Positions 1 to 13,070 of a stretch of DNA of 64,000 bases are shown here, one piece after another (within the stretch, counting starts at the first letter, position 1; each line of letters begins with the position of its first letter). Under the pieces are notes generated by a model. The model was not told where the DNA came from. It ran no database searches and saw only the letters and a list, made by a program, of their open reading frames with translations. Source of the stretch: Eledone cirrhosa (lineage: Eukaryota); assembly GCA_964016885.1 (NCBI GenBank), contig OZ024742.1, positions 75,764,001 to 75,828,000 of the forward strand, in the 5' to 3' direction. Made by a program: the position numbers and the translations under genes.

Positions 1-1704
1 CTGATGGAGATATAAATGGATTCAATACAATGAAGTTTATGGAAATATGAATATCATGGAAGTATATATGATGAGGATAGTGGGATGGCAGAGTGGTGTG
101 GGGGTCAGGTAGATATAACATATTAAGGTATGAGGAAGAAAGGAAGTAAGCGTAAATTGTGTTCTGAAAAAAAAAATAAAGAAAACAAAATGAAAGATGA
201 AAAGTTGAAAAATTGTAAAGATGACAAAAATGACAAAATGACAAAATGGAAGTAAAGAAATAAGAAAAAAAAATTAAAGAAATCAAAATAAAAACAAATA
301 CAATTAAAAAAATCAAGAATTAAAAAATTGTAGCATTTAAAAATGTATAAATAACAAATTTGAAAAATTAAAGATTGAAAAATTATAATCATAATATAAA
401 ATAATATGAAGTAAGATAAAATATAAGGATTAGAAGAATATAAGCATGGTTAAGCTCATGGAAAATGGTATTATTGTATATAATGTATGGCATATGACAT
501 ATAAGATAGGTGAAATATATGAAACATTGTTGTTGATGCTGTGTCACCCGCAGTTATTGAGGCTTAGTGTGTGTCAGTGGTTGCCGAGATGTAGAGTCTA
601 GACGGGGTGTGGGTATGGGTGTCTTCCAGCATTTACAAAATGCGGTACACCTCGATATCCGGCGTGTATTCTGTGGGGTAGTGGGTTAACCGATGTACTG
701 TCGAGTGAGCAGATATGTTTGACACGACATAATCAGAGCTTTTTTGTTTGTAACCAGAACAGTGTTTTCTCCCGAGAGTTCAATAACAACGCTGTATTTA
801 AGTGTTAAAATCTATGTATCGTTCATATAAATAGATGCGTTGCAATATATTTACAGTTCAAACACTTATGTAGAAATACTGTATGTAATCTTTCCGCAAT
901 ATCTAGATCAACGTTTCCCATATATGGTATTTTGCCTTCATATAAGCCGTAATTACATACGTCCGATCATCGGACTGGCCACACCGGTCGCCATAAGTAT
1001 ATATGTATGTACGTATGCATGTAGGCATGTATTTAGGTATGTGTGTATGTATGCATGTATATATGTATGCATGCGTGCGTTTGTGCGTGTCTGTATGTGT
1101 TTGTGTAGGTTTGTTTGTGTGAATGTGTCCGTGAGTGTTGCCATGCAATATTTTACGTTAAAATCCTTACATCAGAAAGCGGTAGTCTAATAATAATTGA
1201 TTCATATATCATTAATATCAAATTTCTCCATCTTTAATTTCAGATATGGTATTTGATTAACATTTAATTAGTAATATTTCTATTTTATAAATATTTTCAA
1301 AAGCAGTTAAATTTCAATGTCAAATATTTTGCAGAAATGAATGTTTGTATAGTTATGATTAACTAAATAATTATTTAAGAAGGTAAAAAATTCCCCGTCA
1401 TATTCTTGTAAAATTAAATTAAGGAATGTGGTGGAAAACATTGAATAACAGGTTTAACGAACGATCAAGTCAAATACAGCTCATTTACATACTGTCCTGA
1501 ATACTACGTGAAATTTATATTTCCACATCGCTCTTTTCAGTCTTCAAAGCTGAGGAAAATATTTTCATTTTCGGAATTATCTAAATATCAACCAAACGAC
1601 GTTCTTTTAAATTGCGTTTTTATTATTCACCTCACACTCCTTCCCTTTAGCTCTTAATATACGTATATATATATACGTGTGTGTGTAATATATGTATATA
1701 TACG

Positions 1705-1743
<39 letters not shown>

Positions 1744-2239
1744 CTGTGTCTGTGTGTGTGTCATTGCATGTGTGAATGTAATTATGAATATAATTTAATT
1801 TGTACGTAATGTATAATATGTCCTTGAATGAAATTGTAAATTTGATTTTGAATTTTAAAAAACCTTAATATTACGAATAAAGTTAATTTTGTAAAATGTT
1901 GGACATTAAATTGCCAAGGGAAGGAATTCTCATTTAGAATTTGGAGGAAAAAATGAATTCGTTTTATAAACATATCCATATATATGAAGGTCATGTGGAT
2001 AGCTATGAATAGAAATGTACGTGTGTGATCTTGCATGTAATTTGATTTTGAATATATTTTTAAAAATTAAAACACAAATACCCCAATATACGAGGGTCTT
2101 CGTGATGTTGTGTATGTACTGTTTTGTATACTTTAGCATTTCTTGTATGTGTATATCTGTGGGTGTGTAGATGAGAAAAAGTAGGGTTATGGAGGATTTA
2201 GCAGGTCGGATGCGAGGGTATTTTGATGTGTAGGTTTCC

Positions 2240-2770
2240 AGTTGAAGTGCAAATAACCACTAAATATCTCAGTTTTGGTGTTGAGATATATGCAAAATCC
2301 TAAATGAATGGGTATCTCATAATTTCATTGATGTATGGCCTGGACCTTTCAAGCAATTTCCATGTTATTTTATGTGATACTCTTTTCCTTTTAGCTGAGA
2401 TATATTTTTTGCCAGTGCTGAGAAAAGATACGTGTAGAACCTATGTCTAAATCGGTCCTGAATCGTACCCACATAATTATCTCGGATTTCGGACTGGTTG
2501 GTGTTGGTATACTTAATCTCTCCCTCGTAGACGATGGCCTTTATAATTTTGTTGTAATGGACGTCACATTTTATCCTGCAAGAGCATCCTGGATTTAAAT
2601 CTGGATTGTTGTTTGTGGTCAGTTTGGGTTTCATAGATTGTGGGCAAGAATGCGATATACTCATCTAGCGATGATTGAAGGGCTTACTGTACTTATATTG
2701 TTGGGGAAATTGCCTATTAGTTAGGTCTAAAAACCTCTTACCAATATTTGTCCTTATCCCTTTATTTTTG
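2240..2770 (-). mobile_element. Degenerate Penelope-like (Naiad-like) element fragment, linker + GIY-YIG region
   Basis: Minus-strand translation gives IRTNIGKRFLDL..ISHSCP..CSCRIK..AIVYEG..YVGT..FRHRFY, homologous to the better-preserved element at 9370-10590; contains stops and frameshifts. Confidence 0.75.
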
Positions 2771-3099
2771 CCATGGCCACACGACACATAAAAACAGCCT
2801 GCTTCTCATCAATAAAGGAAGGCGCTGGGCTAATCCTTATAATGGACACGGCTAATCGGCGGATTCGTCCAACATGTGAGAGGAGGTGTTGGACATAAAC
2901 TCACAAGTCAGCAGTTGTCGGATATTGACGATTGCATGCACGAAGGATTCGTCGCCTCGTACACGACTCGGAACGGAACGGCTGACGGCACTCCATGCCT
3001 GTAGAGTTTATTTCGAACAGGCAAAGCTCCTCGGTAGAACTACCAGACCAGGGATTTCTGGAAATTATTCACGGGCCCTGGACAGAAAGGTACAGTTCC

Positions 3100-3710
3100 C
3101 TCTTGGACAGTAATGGAAAGAACGACGCTTATGATAAAATATGGAATTAAGAGGAATGGTATAGGCAACTACTTGCCTGAACATAATATGGAATACTTAC
3201 TAGAATATTTGCGGAGAAGGTATATACGCTATTTTGAAATGAGGAAACTTTACGAAAAGAAGAAAAGGATGTAGGAAATGATCTTGGGTGTCCAAAGACC
3301 ACTCGCTGCTCGATAAAAAAAGTTTTGAGCTATTGTAAAGAACATCATACCAACGCGTGTATAACTTAGATTGACTTTAAGAAAGCGTATGATATGATGG
3401 CTCATGCTTGTAGTGCTGAATGCCAGCAGATGTTTAGTACTGCTAACATCACAAATTATCTTCTGAATAGTATAGTGGAGTAATGTACACATTGGAGAAG
3501 TAGGAATTAAAAGCGGTATCTTCCAAGGTCACTCATATTCACCATTACTATTTGTCTCTGCTCTTATAACTATAACACTGAAAATTAGTAAAGTTAAAAT
3601 GGGTTACCAATATGGAATATAAGGACTATTCATTTGTTTATGGATGACCTGAAACTCTTTCGGAAGTCCGGGATCCAAGTAGATTTTTTGGTTTAAAACA
3701 GTTTCGAATC
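3100..3710 (+). mobile_element. Degenerate non-LTR retrotransposon RT fragment, R4/Dong-like
   Basis: RT motifs DFKKAYDM..H, IKSGIFQGHSYSPLLF and HLFMDDLKLF across disrupted frames. Confidence 0.65.
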
Positions 3711-3815
3711 TCCACATACTCTGTGCTCCATATAAAAAAGGGAGAAAAAGTAATCTACAGTGCACTAAGGTTGACATAGAGAGAAACCATAGTGGATCCA
3801 GAGGGTTGTGGATAA

Positions 3816-3890
<75 letters not shown>

Positions 3891-4778
3891 AAACATATAT
3901 ATATATGTATAATGTATACATATATATATATATATATATATAACATATATATATGTATAATGTATACATATATATATATGAGAGTATTGAAGTTTGCTTG
4001 AAGCATTGTGGAATAATAAATAAATATATTTAAGTCGTTTGGAAGCCTCGACAATGCAAATGGGTAAATCTCCGGGTAACAAGATCCGGTGGTGGAGAGA
4101 GAGATGTAAGTGGGTGTACGTTGAGATCCGTGGTGTGTAAAGATGTGTAAATGTGTAGAAGAAAGAAGGGAAGAATATAAAGGATAAAATAAAAATAACA
4201 ACACAAGAGAGAGTTACCTTGGGAGAGGTTTAATAGTCCCTATATATTTCGGATTCACATCCATCAACTGGGTTTTTTTTTCCGGGGTAAAGTTTGTCTG
4301 TCGGACAGGTGCGAAACGCGTCCTCCGCTGTGTGTTGTTTTGAATATATATATATTATATATATATATATATTATATATATATATATATATTATACATAC
4401 ACACACACATATATTTATATATATATAGATAAAATAAACAAATAAAAAAAAATATATATATATATTGTTTTAATTGCTCTCTCATTAATTTCCTCCGATT
4501 CGCTTAGGCCTAGTTTCTAATTTTTGAACTTTGTAATATTCGTAGAATTTGCATCTCTACATGTGTAACCTCCATTAAACACATATGTTACCAAAATATA
4601 GAAGATATTTCTTCCACTCTCCTAACGTTTGTTATTTCTGTTTATGCATTTCTATATTCAATTATGTATAACTAAAAGGAATTTACAGAAAAAAACATCC
4701 AGTTTCTATCCCCCTTACTCTTCTTCTGTATTTCTCTCTCTATGCATTCCTGTACGTATATTTATATATTTATATATA

Positions 4779-4831
<53 letters not shown>

Positions 4832-6076
4832 ATGTGTATGTATATATATATATACATATATATACATATATATACATATATATACATATATGTATGTATA
4901 TATATACATATATATATGTATATATATATATAAATATTTATATATATATATATATATATTTATAAAATATATTTATATATATATATACGTATATATATAT
5001 GCGTGCTTGTGTGTATGTATATGCGTATATGTTTGTATGTGTGTGTTTTATGTATAGGGCGCTAGAAGGGAGATAAATATGGCGACAGTATTATTTTCAA
5101 AGTAAATAGACTAGCCTCAAGCCAAGTATGCTAATTACATCACGTGTACAATCACATTCTATATGACGAAACATTCCTGTAATCATTGGAATGGAAACAA
5201 AGGAAGGAAAGAGTGTTTTGAGAGATAATGGTTTTCTAATGAGTAATCAAGTGCATTCCATTTCAAAGAAGCTAGCCATGTAATGCACACAACCTGTGCT
5301 CATATAATTTAACTAAAAGTAAAAAACAAAAAAGTAAGATATTGTTTGGGGAAAATAAGGAAGTGGATAAGAACGAAAGAGAAAACTCGTAGCTGGCAGA
5401 TATATTTTATTTTATTTTTTCCGAATTTAATATTTTAAGTAAAATGTATTCAAGTCGAGTAATGGAATTTTATTCAACACAGAATGAGAAACATTACAAA
5501 ACTGGGTGATGCTCTAATACTATTGCAAATTATATTGTTTGAAAAGAGTATTTACGTTGAAGTGCTTTTTAGTAGACCTCTATAATTTACCTTAGACCTA
5601 TAATTTCCATTCAGAAAAGCAATGTTACACTGCTTGAAAAGCATATTTTATATTTCATTGATCTTCCATTAAAAATATAAATAACGTACACTGTTAGTAT
5701 GTTACTTTCTCTTTTTTGAAATATTGGTATGTATAAATCATATACCACAGCACGAAATATAGACACATACTAAACATATTTCTATTTCTCGCTATCTTGA
5801 GATTCCTGCTATTCCGTCAATGGATATATTGATAACTTATAATTCATATATAACATGCCGAAATTGGTAGCCTAACCCCTATAACGGTGCATTTGCCGGT
5901 GACATCTTTAATTTAGTAAGCGTGCAACATTCTTTCGATATTAAACGATCTGTTATACAGCTACACGCGGAGAAAATATATTTGAGTTGTTCAAACAAGT
6001 TTTTTTTCCAAGTTTCAAATTTATCGAGGAAAGAATACACTCAATTTATCTCTATCAAACAATGGATTATGCATTG

Positions 6077-6114
<38 letters not shown>

Positions 6115-6268
6115 ATACACACAAAACTCACACTTACATACACACAGACAGACAAACACATATGTATATATATTTATATACATATAGATATACATATATA
6201 TATAAATATATATATATCAATAAAAGATAGAAGGCCATATTCATGTGATTCAGATTTATTGAAAACTC

Positions 6269-6324
6269 CGTAATAAATATTTCACTGAGGACTATCAATT
6301 ATGGTAGCCTGAGCTCTTCAGACG
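6269..6324 (-). ncRNA. Type I hammerhead ribozyme candidate with short stem I
   Basis: cgt-CUGAAGA-stem II (gcucaggcuacca/ugauaguccucagu)-GAAA-UAUUUA-UU-acg. Confidence 0.55.
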
Positions 6325-6559
6325 TCAAAACCTAAAATAAACATGGAAAGTTCCTAAGAAACCTTTAAATATGGAAAATATATAATATAATAATTTCCCG
6401 AAAGAAGTTTTCTTTTCATGATATATAATATGCTCCGTCTTGTACCATTTATACAGGTCGTTGAGCGGTTCTTTTTATCTGCTTCAATGGATCTGCACAT
6501 TCCTGTTCTGTTAACCCATTTCTCCCCTCCCCCGCACTCCACACACACAAACACACACA

Positions 6560-6601
<42 letters not shown>

Positions 6602-6677
6602 CGGGAGGGAGCTAATTAACAGACACGATTTTTAACTATGGTAAGAAATGTTTTTCTTATATCAGAGTTTAATGGGC

Positions 6678-6802
6678 TTCCACTGATGATTTATAAGCGC
6701 CCACCTAAATATATTCTTACATGAATGTATATTAGGCCTCTACATAAACTGGAAATATTCTCCGAATTTGTAGAAAACTTATAATGAAACAATTGTTTGG
6801 AA
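6678..6802 (+). ncRNA. Type I hammerhead ribozyme with long branched stem II
   Basis: uucca-CUGAUGA-U.UUAUAAG...CUUAUAA.U-GAAA-CAAUUG-UU-uggaa; palindromic stem III; predicted cut after 6797. Confidence 0.8.
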
Positions 6803-7673
6803 AGAGAGATATATTTTAACTTTAATTATATCTCATGAAATAATACAACTGGCTTTTCCACATAATACATATTGTTAGCACCCCAAACAATTAAATTGGG
6901 TTTATATTAAAATATAACCTAATGTTTGTTGAGTGAGATGGTTACCAGTCAGAGATTAGCTTTAAACTATCTCTGTTATTGTATTAATATTTTACTCTTG
7001 ATTGGCCAGAGGTGTTTATTTCCAGGTACCTTATAAATTTGACTTTCCGTATTTATTACTGTTGTGCGATATTGTGGTTTTTATTGGTTGTAACTTCTCT
7101 GTTTTTTACCCTAAGAAAATATATATATGCCTATGTATATAATTACATGCATAGATTTATTTCTTTTAATTAATTGAGTTCTTTACACGAGGAATTGATA
7201 TTAGTTTTGAAATAGCTAATTAATCCGCGTGAGTTTTATATTTTACTCTTAATTCGGCCGGAGATTTACATTCCCATTTGCCCTTTAAAGCATAATTTTC
7301 TGTATTTACTACGGTTACGAGATGCGGTTTCTTATTCAGGTACAACCTCTGATTTTAGCCTAAGAAAATATCTATATGCGTGTGTAATTTATACACGCAT
7401 ATATTTATTTTTTAAATTTCAATTGAGTTCTTAACACGTTGGATTGATAATGTTTTCGAAAAATCTGTTTAACCCGCGTGTATATTATTTTGTTCCTCCT
7501 TTCCTGCATCTTGGTTGTCTCCCCTTCCCGCTTAGTGACGCTACAATACTTCCTCAGTTAAAAACTGCTGGAATTTCAAATTTGCCGGTCATTCGATGCG
7601 GGAGGGAGCTAATTAACAGACACGATTTTTAACTATGGTAAGAAATGTATTTCTTATATCAGAGTTTAATGGG

Positions 7674-7800
7674 TTTCCACTGATGTTTTATAAGCGCCCA
7701 CCTAAATATATTCTTACATGAATGTATATTAGGCTTCTACATAAACTGGAAATATACTCTAAGTTTGTAGAAAACTTATAATGAAACAATTGTTTGGAAA
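7674..7800 (+). ncRNA. Second copy of the branched-stem-II hammerhead, with A9U substitution
   Basis: Same fold as 6678-6802 but the core reads CUGAUGU. Confidence 0.65.
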
Positions 7801-7980
7801 GAGAGATATATTTTAACTTTAATTATATCTCATGAAATAATACAACTGGCTTTTCCACATAATACATATTGTTAGCACCCCAAACAATTAAATTGGGTTT
7901 ATATTAAAATATAACCTAAGGTTTGGTGAGTGAGATGGCTACCAGTCAGAGATTAGCTTTAAACTATCTCTGTTATTGTA

Positions 7981-8059
<79 letters not shown>

Positions 8060-8081
8060 GTATAAAAATCAATACAATATA

Positions 8082-8159
8082 ATTACCTCATTACCAGAGG
8101 TTTCCCGAATGAGGCGAATACGAAAGAAACGTCTTCATTCGTTCGTCAGACGAGGCAAT
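8082..8159 (-). ncRNA. Type I hammerhead ribozyme downstream of the Naiad-like PLE
   Basis: 10-bp stem I auugccucgu/augagguaau, CUGACGA, stem II cgaauga/ucauucg, GAAA-CC-UCU-GG-UA. Confidence 0.8.
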
Positions 8160-8693
8160 ATAAAACATGGATAAATACTTGGAAAGTCTCATCAAGAAAA
8201 GCAAAAAAACAAAAAAGATATAGACAAATGAATTAGAACATGAAATATATAATAATCTTTCAAGAAATATAGTTAGGTGTGTGTATATGTATGTATATAG
8301 GCTCACAGATGTGCATATATGTGTATGCACATATGTATACGTATAGTGAAAAAGTGTGCGTAAATATATAATTTAGGGCAAATGTATCTGTATGTCTGTA
8401 ATCTACAGACAGAATAGATACATCATATGAATATGAAGGCACGCGCATAAACACACCTACACACACGTACACTTAGATGCGGAAGTAAAAGAGGTAAGCG
8501 AGTGTAATAATTAAAGGAAAGTATCAATCTGGATATATTTATAAAAATGGAACAATAAATTTAGAAAGAAAAAATTAAAGAAAAGAAGACAAAAAAGGTA
8601 CATACATACACACACACGTATATCCCACAAAAGAAACGCAAAAATATACATGCTTATATACACACGCACACTTACACATCCATACGTTCGATA

Positions 8694-8746
<53 letters not shown>

Positions 8747-8881
8747 TTACACTCACGCATAATGACCAGTTTGCATGCACACGCATAAAAATGAGTAAGT
8801 AAAAAAGGGGGGAGAAGTAAAAAGGAACAAAACATAAAACCTAGATGTAAAAACACGGATATAAAGACACATACACATACG

Positions 8882-8926
<45 letters not shown>

Positions 8927-9369
8927 GCACGCGCGCGCACATACGTAGTCGCTCATGTACATATATAGAAAGTATACACACATTAAGGTGTTCAGCCACA
9001 TTGATACAGGGTGTAAAAATCTTGTGGATAAGTAAGTACAAATATAAAATTGTAAGATTGGCTGCGCAAAAATAAAAAATAAAAAAATAAAAATTAAAAA
9101 AATATATATATATATCTGAAGTGGAAAACACAAATGACATGTGTAATCAGTTAGTGAAGGAAATAGGGAAGTAAAAAATGGAAAGTGAAAATATTAGGTA
9201 AGTGAATCGGAGAATAAAGGGGGGGGGGGGTTATTGGTGGATGTGAAGTAAAAATAAAAAAATAAATATAAAAATAAAAATAAATGAAATTAATGATAAG
9301 GATAAAAATGAAAGTAAATCAGAAAGGGTAATTAAAAAGAGAATAATAAGAGTTTATGGAGGATAAGTA

Positions 9370-10590
9370 TCTGAAAGTGTGTTAAGTTTATATGAGCTGG
9401 AAAGCAGGTGTGATTTCATGTGTGGGCAACTGGTGAACATTTCCGTCTTTGTGTTCAGGCAGGTCTTTGGTGATTTTAGATTTTGCAATATCCACTATTT
9501 TTCATTTATGCAGAGCGTGCATTTTCTTGTTCCTCTAGCATATTCTTTAGATTGGTTCAAAATTGACCAATCTAATTTATATTGGATGCCTTGGTCTTTC
9601 AAATCCCAAATTCTGCTAGCCAGAGCTGTTGTAAATCTTTTTTCTGGATGTCGAAAGGATGCGACATGTGAGTAATAACGCGTTTTGAATTTGTCTTGCG
9701 TCATACCCACATATCGTTCACTGGTGGCTGGATGGTTGTTGCTGATGGTTGTCACTTTAGCCGCATATACAATGGCTTTGGTGTTGCATTTACCTTGTAA
9801 TGGGCATTCACTTTTGATTCTACAGGAGCAAGTTTGATTTTCTCTAGGTGATATTTTGTTGATGATATAGGACTTAATAGGGGGACCGCAGGAATAGCTA
9901 ATTTTGACACAGTTTCTGTTAAAGATCTTATAGTATCTGTGTTCTAGGGAAATGTTTATCTAGGAGCTCTAGGAATTTTTTGCCTACATTAGTTTTAACT
10001 GCAAGAGAGTAGGGGTGTGTGAACCAGATTATTTTTCTTTTCCTGTTTTTATGTTTAATAGAGTTAGTATAGTTGGGTATGTATTTAATAGGTTCGCTAA
10101 AACCGCTATTTTGGAGGGCTTTATAATAGTAGGGGGTTGCCTTATTAAAAATAGCTTCTGAGGAAGAGAGGGTGGAGATCCTACGGCTAATATTAGGGAT
10201 AAGGTTTTTAAAAACTATAGGTCGATGGCAAGAACCTTTATTTATATATTTTAAGTTTTCATTAGGTTTATGGTATGGTTTATAAGAAGCAGTAGGCAAA
10301 TCTAGGTTTATATCTAGGAAATCTACATTGGAAAGGTTAGTGTCAATAGTAATTTTAAGATTAAAACTAGCGAAGGTTTTTATTAAGTCTTTCCTTCATC
10401 TATCTAAGTTATGGCCTATGGTGGTATGGGAAAGTATTAGACCATCGTCGCGATAAAGCCCCAAAATATGGTTAGGAAATTGTTCTTTAAGTGTATGTAG
10501 GAGGAATAGGCCGACCAGATCACAAATATCAGCACTGTCGTAAGAGCCCATTGAGACATCGAATGGGTTCTCTGGGTTAGATAATAACTT
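9370..10590 (-). mobile_element. 5'-truncated Penelope-like element (Naiad-like): RT C-terminal half + GIY-YIG endonuclease, pseudogenised
   Basis: [55 protein letters not shown] linker, VYAA..YVGMT, CTLCINEK, LNTKTEMFTSCPH. Confidence 0.9.
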
Positions 10591-10599
10591 ACCTATATA

Positions 10600-10788
<189 letters not shown>

Positions 10789-10874
10789 GTAAGTTATTCC
10801 GGGTTGAATCGGAGGTAACCACAGTAGGTAAGCTACTTAATACATAGCAGAGTATAACAGTTTTAATATAGGAG

Positions 10875-10924
10875 AGATTCTACAAGACTAGAACTGCTCA
10901 TTCGTGAGAAATCATCAGGAATCT
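10875..10924 (-). ncRNA. Degenerate hammerhead (GAAA damaged), same family as 56641-56689
   Basis: gauuc-CUGAUGA-UUUCUCACGAAU-GAG-CAG..UUG-UA-gaauc; stem I covaries with gcuuc/gaagc of the 56641 copy. Confidence 0.55.
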
Positions 10925-11009
10925 GACTGTCCAAGTAAATATGCTGGTTTTCATATCTTTTCTTGTGGTAGGAGAGGGTGGGGAGTGGGATGGGTGGTGG
11001 TCATTGGTT

Positions 11010-11350
11010 GAAAGAAAAGGGAATTCCTTAAAAGCTAATTCTTTAAAGTTATAATTTATATTTAGAGTGACAAAGGCAGAAATAATTCTATAAACAAGTT
11101 CAAATTGGAGTGCCACACCTTATTTTAAAGTTTCTCTTAAGCTAACAATACCTATATTTCAGGTGTCTATAAGATGGTTGGAGGTCGGTCATGGTTGATG
11201 GGTTTAAAGAAAGGGGTATTATTTAAAAGCCAATTCTTTAAAGCTTCACTTAGAGTGACAAAGGCAGAAAGAATGCTATAAACAAGTTCAAATTTTGATT
11301 GCTTCTCCTTAGAGTCAAGTTTCTCTTAAATTATATTTCAGGTGCCTTGT
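11010..11350. repeat. Imperfect direct repeat, two ~170-bp units
   Basis: ttagagtgacaaaggcagaaa...tataaacaagttcaaatt...tatatttcaggtg occurs twice. Confidence 0.7.
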
Positions 11351-11718
11351 GTACAAACACATTCACACACACAGATATATATATATATTACGCCCCTTTT
11401 TTTCTTTTTTTTCACTTCATAAACCTTGTTTGTAAATAACTTTATTCTTTCTGCACCATTTCTTTAACATGTCCAACACCACCATTCTGCACCAATACAT
11501 ATTATTATCATTTGATAAAAATAGACAATTATTAAATATATAAATAAATAAATAAATGCCATTGTTAATTAATAAATAAATCAACTAATACCTTAACACT
11601 TCACACGAAGTAAAATATATCGTCTTAATCATTTTCTAACCCAGAAAAAAGAGAGAAAAAAGTAAAAAGGGAAAAAAAAATATTTTTCTTTCTAATAATC
11701 GTCTTTTTCTCCCTGTAG

Positions 11719-11765
<47 letters not shown>

Positions 11766-12049
11766 AAGGATGCCGCTGGTGTGGTAAATTGAAATTTGCA
11801 TGATTTTTTATTCGTCAACAACTGGATTAATTATTCACTTCAGTAATTAAGAAATTATTCTCAACATAACGTATTTTAGATAATCTAATATTTCTAATAA
11901 TATAAATTTGCCTAATATAAACACATTTTTATATAATACTTTTAAATATTCTTAGCTGATAAATATCAGATTGATCCGGATTTAATACAGGATTTTAAAC
12001 ATTAAATTTAAACGACATGTTTCACCTCAGAAAACACTTTATTGATTGA

Positions 12050-13070
12050 CGTAAAAAACCATTATGGTCTACATATTTACCTCGAACACCGTACAAGTTT
12101 AATTCTCAGAGTTAACTAGAATTTTCAAGTTCTGGAGGCTGAGAATTCATCTGTGGCATTTTGGGGGTTGCTTTGTTGTTGAAGACTTTTTTATCTGTAA
12201 GATGTTATCGAAATGTTTGCAAAAATGGTGAAATATCCAGTAAGGATGACGAATGAAGTTGGTTTTAGCGAGACGTTGTCGAGTGTTTTCGAGCAAGTAG
12301 ATTGGACCCTTTTGTCTTGAACAATAGTGGAGAATTACGCTGCAATTTTCTATGCATTGCATCGATTTCGTGGCAAAACATTTCTCCTGCAATTGATTCA
12401 CCAGGATACAGAAAGCTCACCATAACATTGTTTTGGTGCAAGTTTCCTTGTGCCAAACGTCATTGCTTGCTGTATAGGATCAACTTTTCATCGCACATCC
12501 AAATGTCATAAAATATATGTCGTTTTTTGTTTGACAAATGTAACGAAGACTATACATCTTAATATTGATTTTTCTGGCTTTTGTTCAATTCGAATTATGT
12601 TTCTAGTATCTTTGATTTTCCAATTCAGTTTCAATGTTGAGAATTGTTTTAATGCATATATCTAGCTCTACTGCAAGATGTCAGACACTATTTACTTCCA
12701 GCAAAGCCTTCAGTTCATCGTCGTTACTGGTAGACTGATGACCTTCCGTATAATAAAAAAGGTAATTAACCACGACGGTGTTTTTAAAACAAACACTGCA
12801 CAATACATTCACTAAAAGTTAAATGGTCCTTAATTCATTGATACTTTGACCAGTTTGTGTAGCAATACAGCCGAGTTTAAACTCACATAAATAAATATGG
12901 TAACCGTCCTCTTTTGACATCTTAATTGGAATGATCTGTGAGGAATGAATAACATATGACATTCTTATCAATGATGCATAGTTTTACACAGCTTGCGTGA
13001 GATTTTATCAAACACAAATATTGAATCAATTAAAAACAGAAAAACTAACATTACTGTGTGAACAACCTAA
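12050..13070 (-). mobile_element. Degenerate mariner-type transposon
   Basis: Minus-strand NDDELKALLE, CDEKLILY and HQNNVMVS..EIDAMHRKL..KG motifs; TIR-like ttaggttgttcacacagtaatg near 13048-13069. Confidence 0.7.

Larger units (their letters stand above)
6596..7985 (+). mobile_element. Non-autonomous PLE/retrozyme-like element with two ~390-bp direct repeats, each carrying an HHR
   Basis: 6596-6985 is repeated at 7594-7985; (TA)n on both flanks; two ~250-bp internal subrepeats. Confidence 0.8.

Noticed and set aside
3765-5057. ORFs rich in YI/IY, CV, HT or LS repeats, here and throughout the track
   Set aside because: They are translations of (TA)n, (TG)n, (CA)n and (GA)n microsatellites with no coding signal.
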